NCBI GenBank assembly: GCA_018398765.1 | Contig: JAHBMJ010000035.1 | Coordinates: 62,001 to 126,000, forward strand | Length of the DNA stretch: 64,000 bases | Source: Chromera velia | Taxonomy: Eukaryota | Reading direction: 5' to 3' | Shown: positions 10,716 to 27,379 of the stretch, one piece after another | Position numbering within the stretch: position 1 is the stretch's first letter | Layout: each line of letters starts with the position of its first letter | Notes under the pieces: generated by a model | Told to the model about the DNA's origin: nothing | The model's input: the letters and a program-made list of their open reading frames with translations, nothing else | Database searches by the model: none | Made by a program: the position numbers and the translations under genes

Positions 10716-13700
10716 ATGTACAACTACAGCTTCAGTAACATGGCTGTGTGGCCGTCGCAGCAACCCGCTGCCGCTGTCACACAGCACGCGTGGCCTCCGG
10801 GTGTTCCTCTGGGAAGGGAGGCGGGAACAGTAGCAGAGGTCGGTGGGTGTTTTCGTCTTTCATATTCTGCTTCTGCTTCCGGCTTTGTAGGGAGAGAAAG
10901 TAACGGTAATAGCGTAGTGTGACCCCGAATCGAAGAGTCCATGGCGGTTTTGGCCGTCTCTTCCACAAGGCATGAAAAGAAGATAGAAAAGGCTCTGAAT
11001 CGTTCTGTCCATCCGACCTGTGGATTGAGAAGGGAACAAAAGTCGGGCGATAAAACCCCACAGAACTCAATTGCAGACAAGTGACCTGCCCGAGGGGGAT
11101 TCTTCCTGCCAGATTTGTAGAGCCTGAGACAATGCTGTGCGCAAAAGAAATTTAGGTCAAAAAGGCGGAGACGGGGGGGGCTGTTGAGCAGAGAGCAGAG
11201 CGCTGTGAGGAAGATTCTCAGAGGGCAGTCGAGAAGTTTATGGATGTCGATTCTGCAGGAGTTTTGTCTTGTCACCAAGTTTGTCTCCTAATTGATAGAT
11301 GCAGCCGTTATTTGAAACCGTCTGGATGAAGATCCGGGCTTTCACTGCTGTGGTATTCAAGCAGACCGAGAAATTGATAGTCTCTCAAAAACTTCGAAAC
11401 CGTGAAGAGAAGACATCCATTCCATGTACCCATGCATTCTCTTGCAGGCTAGCGAGGGAGCCCGCCCAGCTCGCGTCGTGATGCAAGCAGCAGACCCGCA
11501 CTTGCTGTTGCAGAAGAAAAAGGAGGCACGAGGAGGAAACGAAGGGTCTCCGGCTTTTCAATCAAACATCCAACAGACACAGGTGCATGAGAACGGCCTT
11601 GAAGTATGTGCACACCCGCACAAGCACACACCTATACAATTCCTGTCCGGTGACGACACCTCTTTTTGTTTTTTGGCATCCGACGGCTGACGGCAAGTTT
11701 GTTTGAATTGGCCCTTGCCAAGGTCCTTCCTTGTACAGAGAGGTAGGGAGATGAGAGCAAGATGGGAGTGACACTTGGTTGAGTTGGCATACAACCACGT
11801 GTGTGCGTCTGTATGATGCAGAAGCAGATGAGACGGTTCACTGTCCCTCCTTCAGTTTGACTCTGCTTGAATTTATTCAGATCATCTTGAAGATCATTCT
11901 TCTTCATTTTTGGTCACTCAACTTTTCTCTTCTTCTCATCTGAATGTGAGTACAGGTTCGCCTCTCGACTGCAAGGACAGCGTCCTTTCACCCTTGTGCC
12001 ACGGTTGCTGCTCCTGGCACTGTTCCTCCTGGTCCCACTGGACCATCAGCCCCCTTCCCAGTCAGCCTGAACGTCAGCAGACACACTCTCGGAGGCCCGC
12101 AGGACCCTGCCTCCTCGCAGATCCACAGAGTACAGCGGCAGTACCATCAGCAGCCCCCCAACCAAAACAACCCCCCTCACGCAAAGGCGTTCCATTTCCA
12201 GCTGCGCCAGGCGTCTCCTCGATCCGGCCTGGTGGCCCCTCGGGGTCCTCATCCAGGGACGGCCGGGGCCTTCCCTGGGTCTGGGCCCTTCGCGGCTCCC
12301 TCTTACCCCCAGGCTCACACGCAGACCTATGCAAACCTGAGTGCATCCTCCGGAAATTTTGTGAACCCGCCCCAGACAGCTCCAGTCGACGCGTCGGTTG
12401 CAGCTGCGATGTACAAGAGATCTTCGAGGGAGAGGGAGAGGATCAGGCTGGTCCAAGTGCCCACTGCTCCCAGTGCTCAGTGGAATGCCGGGGCCCTTGC
12501 AGAGAATTCTGATGAAGATCCTGAAGGAGAGAAAGAGGAAGGCGTTGTGGTCCCTTTCCGCACAGTGGGAGGGGTGGACGTGCCCTCCAGAGTCCTCGGT
12601 GTGCTTCGGGAGTCAATGGGGTATCAGCAGACTCAGCAGCAGGGGGGGGGTGTTCCTCCTGTTCGTGTGGATGCGAGGGACACGGGGGACATTCTGGAGA
12701 CGTCCTTGGAGCAGGAAGAGGAGGGGGAGGGGGGGACAGAGGGGGGAGCAAAAGGGGAAAGGGATGAGGGCCCAAGGGGAGTTGGAGGGGGTCTTTGCCC
12801 TTCGCTCGGGGTCGCACAGCTGTTGGGGTCTCTGGGAAGTGCGAGAGGGATGGGGGGTGTTGGCTCGCCTCTTCTCACTCAGGTCGGGACGGTAGCCAGT
12901 ATGCATGTGAGTGTGTGAGAGAGAGAGAGAGAACGGATCTGTGTGTGGTGTGAGGTACAAAAAGGAAGAGAGGAAAAGGGGCCGAGGTTGTTCTCTCGTC
13001 CTCCCTCCGCAAGACTCAATCAATCAAAGAAAGAGAGGAAGGAAGGAAGAAGAAGGAAGGGCGGAAGAAACTTTTGACGAGAGAGAAAACAGGAAGGAGC
13101 GCTGTTGTCACCCCCACTCGGTCCTGCGGCTTTCTTTTGGTCTTGTTAAATTCTCCTTCCCCCGTACATTTTCTTTCTGTCCACCCGAATCTGCTTCTGT
13201 TTGAATCCCAACCCGATGCCGCCTTTCTGAATGCACATGCAGGCTTCTTTCTGAATTCTGCAACTGCTGTGTGGTTGGTTTCTTTTCTCTCCACCCCAGT
13301 TGAATTGAATGTGTTCTTTCTTGTTCTCGCAGGTCGACGATCTTCTGTCGGAGTCTCCACTGGTGATCTCGGCAGCCGAAAGAAAGGGAGGGGGACTGAC
13401 GGTCAGGCAGGGGGGAGGGAAGGGGGGGGGGGGCTCTGTGGTCTGTCTGTCTTTCATGAATCGTCCCCGTCGCTTTTCTGGTGAAAAGCATTTTCTCCAT
13501 CGGTGATGGTTTCTTTTCTTTTCGCATTTCTTTCCCTATTCATCCCTCTACAGGCCTCTCAGATGCCGTCGAGTTTCCCCCAAACATTTTTCTTCGGTTC
13601 TGTCACGATTCTCTCTCCCGTTCTGCCCTTTTTCTGAGAGAGAGCAGGGAACGACAAAGGCGCTGGGAAGGAAGGAGGTTCTTTAGTCGCTCGAAGTGTC

Positions 13701-16700
13701 CTCACTTCCATTTTGTTTGTCCCCCCCCTTTCGGTCTGCAGGTCCTTGACGGTCTGCTTGCTCTCGCGCCTTCAGGTCGGCCTCTCGTCCTTCTCTTTCT
13801 CTCTTTCTCTCTTGCTTGCATCCGCCCAACAGAACAAAGGAACGGCATGGCGCATGCAAGCGTAGTGCGCGAATGGCAGGATCGAAGGAAGGGATTCATT
13901 CAGAAGGGAATTGAGGAAGAAGGAAAGAAGTAATCGGATAGCTCTTTGTAGTGTTCGGCCGGAGGGAGCGTCTTGTATTTCGGCCCCTCTTCTCCTTTTG
14001 TTAAGAAGATTGGCGTGTGACCGTGTGAGACAAATTCTTGTTCTTCTCCAGATTTGTCCTCGTTTTTGTTTTGTGTACACGACGGTCGTTGTCGTCACTT
14101 CTTGCAGGGGAGATCGGCGTATGGACAGGATTTCGATGGAGGGCAAAGTCGCCGAACAAGTGGAGACTCGAGAAGATCGCGGTGGATGTGGTGAGTGAGA
14201 GAGTGATTGGGGGGGGNNNNNNNNNNNNNNNNNNNNNNNNNNNNNNNNNNNNNNNNNGGGGGGGGGGGAGGAAGGAAAGGGAGGGGAGCGCCTTTTGAAA
14301 GAGGAGAGAAAGAAATGCGAGAATGAGCTTGTCAACTGGACAGTCGTCCATGTCTTTCGTTTTTCGGTTACATTTGCAACCGCGCTCGTGTCTTTCAGAT
14401 GAACCAGAGAACAGGGTGAAAGTAGCTGCTTGCAAAGAGACATAATCAAAAAGGGGTCTGTCACACACAGAAAGCAAAGGGTTGGGCGGAAGAGGGGGTG
14501 AAACGACTCAATCCTCAGTCGGAAATTGCCAATCAGCAGTAACCCATAAATGAACCTTGCTCTTCACGCTCCTTTCTCTGCATGCATTCAGTTTCCTTTC
14601 CCTCCTTTTTGCTTCCCGTTCATCTCTTCTTTCTCTCGTGTTGCAGAACGGAGATCTCTGGTGTTTGTCATCTGACCACAAGATGGGTCGTCTCGTTCAG
14701 AGCGGGTGGAAGAACCACGGCATCCTGGGGGGGGCAGAGTTGAGGGACTTTGACTTCGACAAGAACAACAGACTGACGGGAGTCAATCTGCAGGTAGGTA
14801 GGCACGTGTACGCGTTCTGAGATTTTTTTTTTGTATTCGATTATCTGCGTCTGCCTCAGTCTGATATTCCTCCAGAAACGAAAGGGCGGAAGCTCCCCAG
14901 TCCAAAAGTTTGGTCCTTTCGCTGCCATCCCGTTCTCTCTGCATGCACTGCTGGCTTTTACCGACCCCTTGAAAAATTCATGGCCGCATTGATTCCGCAC
15001 TAAAAAAAATACTCTTTCGAAAACTGTGAGAATTAATATGATTGATTGATTCTGCAGGGAGAGGTTGTGATCTGGAACGGGTACTCTTGGGACCGTTTGG
15101 GGGCTCTCGGGAGCTGGAAACTCGAACAACTAACGGTCGGTCGGTCGGTGGCTGCGTTGGAAGGAAGGAGGCTTCCTTCAAGGTGCTTGACAGTGAAAGA
15201 AAAAGAAGGAGACTTATCGCATCGATGTACGGAGCAAGAGAGAGAGAGACAGAGAGAGAGAGAGAGTCGGAGGAACCGAGAAAGAAAGGAAAACGGATTC
15301 ATTGTTCGAAGCTCTCTCTGTCCCTTTTTGTTCCTGACCCTTTTGTTTGTCTAAGTAAGTACGTGTCTCTGATGAATGCATCTCTCTCTCTTTCTCTTTC
15401 TCTGTCTGTCTCGTGCTTGCAGTTTGATCCTTCAGGAGTCCTCTGGGGTCTCTCGACGTCGGGAAATGTTGGGTCCTTTGACCGTCGACGGAAGCGCTGG
15501 AAGGACTTTGTCAGTCAGCCAGTCAGGCAGGCAGGCAGTCAGTGAGTCACTCTCCTCTTTTCCTCTGTCTTTTGCTCTTCCTTCCGTATGTTGCTGGAAG
15601 GAAGGATTCCCTTGTTCGCGCTGGCTGTGCTTGTTTGAAATGATTTTGGCAGTAGCGTGCCATGTAAATTGGAAGCTTGTGTCGGTCTGCTTGGAACATG
15701 TGTTGACGATCTGTAGGTGTGCGTCTGAATGCTCGGAACGCTTTGGGGTAAGAATTTTCGGAACGCTTAAAGAGATGGTCCCTCGTGTGATTGCATGCAT
15801 GCTCACGCATGCTCATGCCACTGGATCGATCGATCAGGGCCAACTGGGAGGCTGGCGGCTGAAGGCTCTGACATTCGACAACAATGGACGTCTCTGGGCG
15901 GTGGGGCCTCACGAAGAACTGGCACAGTGGGCAGGTGGGTCCTTCCGTTTTTCTCTATGTTGATGTGGGAGGGCACCGTCTGTTTTCTCTGTGTCTTTTT
16001 GAGACTTGCTTATCTTCTCGAGTAGTAGTCTTGGATCTATTGAGAGAATGAGGAAACCCTCTCTGCCTCTGTTGTATCGATCGGCCCTTCTCTCCTGAAT
16101 GTTCGTTCGTTCTCGTTGATCGATGAATCGGTCAGTCGACAAAGAGAGTCAAAGCAGGGAGAGCCCAGAGAATCAATTGAGATTCTTTACTCCATTCGTT
16201 TGTTCTCCACAGGTCTTTTGATTAGTCCGCCTGTGACTTCTCTGATTCTGCAGATGAAGCGAAGGAGTGGGTGATCTACGGCTACGTCGGTAATTGGCAC
16301 TTCAAGGATATCGCCTTCAGAAGGGATGCAGGACTAGACAGGCTCGTTACTGCCAGAGGGGCACTGGCATCCGGCATTCTAGCTCCAGTGCCTGAGACCC
16401 CGCACGAAGCGGGGCCGAACAGCAACATCCATGACCTGGGTGCACGTCTCACTGGCGGTGGAGGAGAGTCTGCTCGAATGCTTTCGAGAAGACGGCTTTT
16501 GAGCCTGAGTGGGGAGGCCTCCCCGATCGAGCCTCTGTCCCAGCCGCTGTCTCCGTCTGGAGGCAGCGCTAGTCGTCTCGCCGCCTCACTACAGCAACCC
16601 CAACCTCCTCGAGGGGTGTTGAATGCGAATGCCGTCTCTCCTCGGGGCGTCTCCAGAGGTCTTCGTGCCTCCTCTGCCACTGCCAGATACATGAACGACT

Positions 16701-17077
16701 TCTCCGCCCCCACCAGCTCCTCTCTCAAGACACGGCCGCACGGCCCCGTCTCCATCCAAGCAGCAGCTGCCGCAGCCGCAGCGGGTACCGGAGGTGGAGG
16801 GCGGCTCGGGAAGACGAAGGGGGGCTCGGGGACCTCTTCCCATTCTCGCATTCCCTCCCTGCGTCTGTCTTGTACAAAGAGTGGGGGGAAACACACAAAG
16901 CGACCCAGTGGGGGGGGGCGGCAGCAGGGGGAGAGACTCTCCAAGGGCCCCGGCAAGGGTGCCAAAGGAGGAGCGCAGAGTTCTTCTGCACAGCAGCAGC
17001 AGCAGAAGCCGCCAGAGCCGTCTGATCCTCCTGTAGGCGTGGGGGGGCAGGGAGACGAGTTGGAGGACTCTTCTTGA
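10716..17077 (+). CDS. Multi-exon gene: low-complexity N- and C-termini around W-rich beta-propeller (tectonin-like) repeats
   Basis: GT-AG bounded, phase-compatible exons near 10716, 11448, 11956, 13333, 13742, 14108, 14647, 15058, 15423, 15838 and 16254-17077. Repeats: KWRLEKIAVDV-NGDLW, GAELRDFDFDKNNRL, SWKLEQLT-FDPSGVLW, GWRLKALTFDNNGRLW, NWHFKDIAF. Confidence 0.75.
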
Positions 17078-18179
17078 AGGGAGGGAGGCGAGAGAGAAGG
17101 TAGAAAGAAAGAGGCAATTAAAGGGGTCTTGGAGGAAATGGAGGAAATGCGTTTCGGTAGCATGGAGGAGTAAACGGTAGGGTGTGTCTGTGGATGTGGT
17201 CCTCTCCGATGTGTCTTTGATGACCTTTGCGGAAGAGGGAGGGAGGGTTGTGCGATTCCACAGGAGGAGAGAACGGAAGACGAGATGGAGAGGAGAGGGG
17301 TGGGGGTTTGTTCAGTACGCCGGACAGAAAAAGCAAGGCATGGAGGCCTTTTTGGTCACACGCTCACACACTCAGTGTCCCCCGAATACTCTCCCCTCCC
17401 CTTCTTTTGCCTGATTCTCCATTCTTTCTTTCCTTTTCTCATTCTTCGCGCTCCGACTGTTTTCACTCGTGGTAGAGGCCTATGGTAGATGAAAGACCGG
17501 GGGGGGTTCAGAGAGGGATCCTCGTGAGTAGCAGAAGGTTCAACTTCTGCTTCATCGTCGCTTTTTCGTCTCTGCTTTAGCAGATTTTCTTTGTCATTTT
17601 CAATTGATGTCTTGCCTGTTCTGTCCATGTCGATGTGGGCAGCTCCAGGCTGAACGATCTCCTGAGGATCGTCTTCGCAAAAGCGAAACAAATAAGTGAG
17701 AGCAGGGGAANNGGGGGGGGGGGGAAGGCAGCCTTTGAGGGAACACGGCCGTTGGTGAACTGCACAGGGTGTGATGATCGAAGGACGGCATTACCTCTTT
17801 TCAGGTCGACAACGTAATATCTCCACAATGTGTTCTCCGCCAATTAATCCATCCCATCCGCTGCAGCGCGCTGCAGTTGATTCCAATCGCCCCTGATCGA
17901 CAATCGGTCTGCCAGCATTGAAGGCTTGGCCGGGGTGCCTGCCTGTCTCGAGTCCTTTCTCGCCAGACTCGGCATGTGTTATCCTCCAGTCATGGCTGCT
18001 CCCTTCCTTTCTCCCTCCTTTTCTCCTTCTCTATGTGGCCTCTTTTGTGTCTCCCCTTTTCCGTGAAAATCGATGCTTGCATGTCTGCGATCCTAGGTGC
18101 GGTCTGTCCTATAGGGTCTGTCGCCGTACTGGGAAAACCGTTGTTGCCTGTGTCACCTTCCTTTGTGGGAAAAGACTAC

Positions 18180-19209
18180 CGTTAGTAGCCTAGGTTAGTA
18201 GCACTATCGTATAACTAGCTACGTATCGAACCAGCCAACAGACATAAGTAATTACTTTTAATCATTTGGAATATATTAATTATTTCACGTGCTAATGAGC
18301 CTAGTAATTACCTATGATTGCACTAACATATATTCGTTCGATCTGGATATTCCTTTTTTAGTTCCTTTTTTTTTTGTATTTGAATTTTCCGTATTGTTAT
18401 GCACTGTAAATCTATATTCTAGAAATATACTAGGAAATTATTATATTAAATTGAATTTGATTGTCCCTGGTTTACTCACTATACATGAATTTATGTAGGA
18501 TATAAGTGATAAGTGATTAGTGGTGCCCTTTACTACGTTGGCCAGAGCCTATCATACGGCTCACCGGCTTTAACCTCATACATCATCATCATCATCACTA
18601 TTATTATTATTATTGATCGGTCTATAGGCCATCATGCAATGCATGAATCTAGGACAATGCTGTATTGCCCCTTTGCCAGACCTGCATCACTTGTCGGATC
18701 GTCATATAAAGTCTATAATAGAGATTAATCCTAGGATCGACCGTTCAAACTTTTTTTATTGACGCCAATTTGACAGGGTCGATCGATCAAAGCTTCCTAT
18801 GCCAAATTTCTAGCCAAATTTATACTAAATTTTGCAGCTGCATGAAATCATATACCTATATAGAAGCTGGCCGGGAATCTTTAAATAAAATTTATATATT
18901 AAGTCTAGAGCTTCAACTTTAATTAATACTTCAAGTTGCATTATCATCACACTGGCACCATCCTAGTAACCGTCATTCATTATCGCTATTGGCTTAATGC
19001 CCATAAAGGGGCCTTTAGCATTCAACTGCCATAATTCAATTAAAACTACAGCTAAAGCTTCTAACTGATATGAAAAAATTATTATTTTCAACTTAAAGTA
19101 CATGGGAAGCCTGTAAAGTCATGCAGGCTAATACTGAGGCTATCGTGCAGCTCAATTTATCAGGGTGGAACCACCGGTTAATCATATCAAATTATATAAC
19201 CACTGGCAA
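18180..19209. other. AT/TpA-rich intergenic island
   Basis: Abrupt compositional shift, with abundant CTAG/TTA/TAG. Shares short motifs with the islands at 30.1 kb and 51.9 kb. Confidence 0.7.
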
Positions 19210-20009
19210 TCCCTCCTAGAATGTGTTGGATTCCCTTCAAGTTGAACGATCCTGTCGATCAGTCACATACCCAAAGACGTCTTGTTCTTCCCAGTGACTC
19301 GGCCCGTATACACGTCTGCAGGAAGCCCCGCCCCAGGGACTACTTGCTCTTCTGCAGCAAATTCTGCTCAGCCTTCTGCCTCCCTCCCGCCCCCTGCGTC
19401 ACGGCCTGGCTCGCAATTGAAACGAAATCTGACGTCCATCAAATGTCACACTCCCATTGGAACCCTCCTGCTGTGTAAAAATCATCTTGGCCGCTTTCTT
19501 CGATCTCGTGGCCGGAGTGACAGTCGCGTATACGTTTATCTGACACCGCAACACTCCTTCTTCCGAATCGCTATCCGGCCGCTTGAACGAAGTACGACAG
19601 GCCGTAACATCTGCAGGCTTACAAGCCTTTTCTTTCCCACCTATACCCATCTTGATAACTTTCCCCAGTGCTTTAATAAACCCGTTGTTGACTTCTACTC
19701 TAAAACTTTCAAACCCTGCACCACAACACGCAACGCAGAAAACTGATTTGGCGTTCAAGGCTCAGGCCACAGGCCAGGACAAAAGCCTTTCAATCATACA
19801 ATCCTTTGTCAACTCTTATTACAACAGCCATCAGACAAGAGAAATAGAGGGCGGTCAAGAGATACCATACCAATAACAAAGAGGTTGCGTCGAAACGAGC
19901 GAGCAAGTGAGCGGGAGTGAAAGTGAAAGTGAGAGGAGTTAGGGGGTGGGAGTGATAGGGAGAGAGCGAGAGAGAAAGAGAGGTTGAAGGAAACAGTTGG
20001 ACCGACAAA

Positions 20010-20153
20010 CTACAGACAGAGACACCGAGAGAGACAGACAGTCAGTCGTAGGCAGGCAGGCAGGTAGGCAGAAAGAAAGAAGAAAGGAAGCAAGGAAAGA
20101 AAGAAAGAAAGAAAAAAAGAAAGAAAGAAAAAAAGAAAAAAAGAAAGAAAGAG

Positions 20154-20192
<39 letters not shown>

Positions 20193-21190
20193 AAAAAACA
20201 GGGAAGCAAGGAAGTAAGGAAGCAAGGAAAGAAAGAAAGAAACAAAGAAAGAAAGAAAGAAAGAAGCAAGGAAAGAAAGAAAGAAAGAAACAAGAAAAAA
20301 AAAAGAAAGGGGAAAACAAAAGAAACAAAACCACATGGTTCCCCCCTCTTCTTCATGCATATAACAGACAAAAAGAAAGAAAGCAACGAAGATAAAAGAA
20401 CATCACGACAACTCAGACAGACAAACAGCGAAACTATATCGTCTTTTCTTTTCTTTTCCGTTCAGACAGACAGACAGACAGACAGACTTCTTCTTCTCCT
20501 TTCTTTTCTTCATGGCAGACAGAGAGACTATACAGATACGCAGACAGACCATACTACAAACAGACCAAATGGTTTTTTCCCCTCCACTTCTTAACAGACA
20601 GACTGACTGAATGTTTCTTTTTCCCCCTTTTTGTCTTCAGACAGACAGCTTACATGTTTTTTCTTCTTCTCCCTGAAGCTCCAGTCAGTCAGACAGAGAG
20701 ACAGATAGACAGACATCTGACAAACTGACAGATAGGCAAAGTCGGCAGGGGCTCCAAAGGGTGAGGGTTAAGCGCCCCTTGCCTCTCAACCTCCCGACAG
20801 GATTTCACGTGATCACCTATTCATCACACACAACTGTCCTGCTGCTTCCACTCAAGACAAGAGAGAGAAAAAATGGAGGGAGACAAGAAAAATTAAAAAA
20901 GAAAAAAAGAAAGAAAGAACAGATAGACAGACTAACCAGATCGTTTATTTCCCTCCTCTTCTACAGAAAAAAGAGAAGAGAGAAGAAAATAAAGAAAGAA
21001 AGAAAGAGAAGAGAAGGAAAGCAAAGAAAAGGAAGAGAAGCAAAGACAAGTATAGAGAAGAGAAGAAAAGACAAGAGAATGAGAAGAGAAGAGAAAAGCA
21101 AAGAAACAAAATAAAAAGAAAGAAAGAAAGAAAGAAAAGAAAAAAAAAAATGAATGAATGAATAAATGAATGAATGAGAAAGTGAACAAA
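20010..21190 (+). repeat. (GAAA)n/(CAGA)n low-complexity tract
   Basis: Long degenerate GAAA and CAGA arrays. These explain the K/R/E-rich and F/L/S-rich ORFs here. Confidence 0.9.
20744..20856 (-). other. Conserved ~110-nt two-hairpin motif, copy 1
   Basis: Shares TTAAGCGC(C/T)CCTTGCCT, CGACAGGA(T/C)TTCACGTGA(T/G)CAC and CCTGCTGCTTCCACTCA with 55935-56050. Confidence 0.7.
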
Positions 21191-21446
21191 AGAGTGAAAG
21201 ACGCATAGATAGAGAGGCAAACAGTGAAGCTACAAAAATGAAAGAGGGTTTATCAGGTTTGGGTATATGCATTCAGAGCGACAAATACGCCAACAAGAAG
21301 GTTGGCAGCTAGACGGATCAGGAATTGCGCAGCGTTGATACAGTGGTATACAACGAACATGGCATGGAAGCAGAAAAGGTAAAGGAAGAAAGAGAAGCTG
21401 AGGACGAAAGGGAAAAGCCATTCTTCTGTCGTAATTTTTGTGCTAT

Positions 21447-22343
21447 GCTCTCAAAAATATGTACGCAAGCGTTGCAGAGCCTCTGGCTAGTTTTTACTCT
21501 CTCAAAAACGTACACGCAAGCATTGCAGAGCCTCTGGCTGGTTTTTGCTCCTTAAAAACGTGCACGCAAGCGTTATAGAGCCTCTGGCTGGTTTTTGCTC
21601 CTCAAAAACGTGCATGCAAGCGTTGCAGAGCCTCTGGCTGGTTTCTGCTCCTCAAAAACGTACACGCAAGCATTACAGAGCCTCTGGCTGGTTTTTGCTC
21701 TCTCAAAAACGTGCACGCAAGCGTTGCAGAGCCTCTGGCTGGTTTCTGCTCTCTCAGAAACGTGCACGCAAGCGTTGCAGAGCCTCTGGCTGGTTTTTGC
21801 TCTCTCAGAAACGTGCATTGCAAGCGTTTGTGCACGCAAGCGTTGCAGAGCCTCTGGCTGGTTTCTGCTCCTCAGAAATGTGCATTCAAGCGTTGCAGAG
21901 CCTCTGGCTGGTTTCTGCTCCTCAGAAACGTGCACACAAGCATTGCAGAGCCCCTGACTAGTTTTTGCTCTCTCAGAAACGTGCACACAAGCGTTACAGA
22001 GCCTCTGGCTGGTTTCTACTCTCTCAGAAACGTGTACGCAAGCGTTGCAGAGCCTTTGGCTGGTTTCTGCTCTCTTAAAAACGTGCACGCAAGCATTGCA
22101 GAGCCTCTGGCTGGTTTCTGCTCCTCAAAAACGTGTACGCAAGCGTTGCAGAGCCTTTGGCTGGTTTCTGCTCTCTTAAAAACGTACATGCAAGCATTGC
22201 AGAGCCTCTGGCTGGTTTTTGCTCCTTAAAAACGTGCACGCAAGCGTTGCAGAGCCTCTGGCTGGTTTCTGCTCCTCAGAAACGTGCACGCAAGCATTGC
22301 AGAGCCTCTGGCTGGTTTCTGCTCTCTCAGAAACGTGCACGCA
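21447..22343 (+). repeat. Minisatellite, 50/51-bp unit, about 17-18 copies
   Basis: Consensus CTCAGAAACGTGCACGCAAGCGTTGCAGAGCCTCTGGCTGGTTTCTGCTC(T). Head-to-tail with no spacers. Confidence 0.95.
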
Positions 22344-23087
22344 ACCTTCGCTGGAATGACAACACAATGGACTGCTGTCTGGCTTCTGGACCACACGTTT
22401 ACATTTCAGACAGTATCCTTGGGATTGGTATATAGATGTGGTTGAACATGGGCTTGTGGGGGTTTGTCGATTTATACGAGTCCCTTGTATGCACTGCCAG
22501 TAGTGACTAAGAATCGTTGGTAAAGTACCTCTGTCTGTACGTTTGTTTTCGGGAGAGACGTCTCGGGACTGGATCTGATTAGAATTCGACGACATGCATC
22601 TGGTTGTTAAGTAGAGAGTCGCTCAGTCGTCTTCTACGAGTATTTATTCGATCGATCTTCTACAGCCTTTGAAGCTGGTTTGTTAGTCTGTAGATTTTGT
22701 CTTCTGCCGCTGATTCCCTGCATGCAGAAACAAGAAGCTTCGATATACTCTGTGGGGGCGACTGGGGAGCGGCTCCTACGGTCAGCTTGTCTATCCGTCT
22801 CTGTCACTGTTCACATATGTGTGGGCATCTGTCTGCCTCTTCCTGTCCATGCTTGCTTGTGTTTGTCTGTTTATGAAAGGAAAGAAAACGAAAGATTGTC
22901 TCTCTGTCTCTGTGTTCTTCCGTCTGTCTGTCTAAAACATATAGTCTCTCTGTCTTCTACCAAAGAGATGGAAAATGTCCGTCCGTCTTTTTTGTCTCAT
23001 ACCTGCCATCCCTTTTATTCATAATATGACCGTCTTTTCTCTAGCTGTCTCTCCTCTTACCAGCAGGAAGATCGTGCGGTTGCCTAC

Positions 23088-26269
<3,182 letters not shown>

Positions 26270-27379
26270 GTAACTGAGTCAGCTCGGCAGGTGGGAAGGC
26301 ACGTGAACGCACTGAACGGAGAGAACAGTCGAGAACAATAGAAAGTCACCATATTTAATTTCATAAATGAGAGGGAGGAGGGTTATTTCATCGGTCAAGA
26401 GGGTAGCAATAAGCAGGGTAGAGGGTGTATGAACACTCCTTTCCCCTCCCCGAGCGGCTCTTGAGGCAAACGGTGCAGAGTCTGTTAGCCCGGCCACCCT
26501 CTCCAGAAAGACAGTGAAATGGGCTGAGTGTCAAAGAAAGGGGGGGCAGGCATGACAGACTGACCGAGGGGTGAGCTGCCAAGAGACGAAGAGGGAACTG
26601 CAGAGAAGGAGGAAAGTTTGAGAGATGGATCGAAGCAGACTCAAAAGAGTTTGGGTGAGGGAACGAGAAAGAATAAGTGCGTACGTCGACTGCACTTACT
26701 GTCAATGCGTCTGTTGCTTCACCCAGAAGAAGCGCCAGATCGACTCTCGTTCAGGAAGAGACGAGAAGCAGGCGGCCCTTATGCAGAATTGAGTATGTGT
26801 GAGAAGACTGCGCGGAGAGTCCAAAAAATATGAGACAGACCAAGAAGAAGAGCCCCTGCATGCCCTCTCTCCAATCCCGTCTGCAGACACAGAAGGAGAC
26901 ATATATACAGAGAAAATGGAGAAGAGCGATAGACAAAGTGAGAAGAGACGGCCAGCAATACATGCATCCAGTGGTGATAGCGTGTGCCGACTTTCTCCGT
27001 CTCTGTTGTACGCCGGTCCGTCTCTCTTTTGACTCCCCTCTCCCTCTACACTGCTCCGGCTGCTTGCTGACAGTCAGTTCGGTTCAAGTAGTTTCAAGCA
27101 GCCATGCTTGGCACGGCTTGGCGAGGGTCTCCTTCCTCGCCCTCCCCCCAAACCCCACCCCCTTCCTTTCCCCACACAGTCATATACTAAGCGACAGAAT
27201 CGTCATGCACTCATATACCATAAATGTGGAGCATCGTCGCTTCTCTCTGCCTTGTTCACGCCGGCTCATGCAAAGAAAGACCCCACGCCCTCTGCTCTAA
27301 CAGGCCATTTCATTCAATCGCGGGTCTAGAGCCCAGGATCAGTCGAGAAGATCTTCTCACGTAGAGAGAGACAAAGGCC

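Noticed and set aside
16282..17163. 293-aa minus-strand ORF
   Set aside because: Antisense shadow of the GC-rich last exon of the propeller gene.
20744..20856. U1 snRNA (GGCAGGGG and GATCACG similarity)
   Set aside because: No ACTTACCTG 5' end or Sm site, and the matching pieces are not collinear on one strand.
19939..21272. K/R/E-rich and F/L/S-rich ORFs
   Set aside because: They are translations of GAAA microsatellites. The same applies to 23349-23549 and 56590-57335.
21447..22343. CRISPR array or repeat protein (TQALQSLWLV ORFs)
   Set aside because: There are no unique spacers or cas genes, and the mix of 50/51-bp units shifts the reading frame repeatedly.
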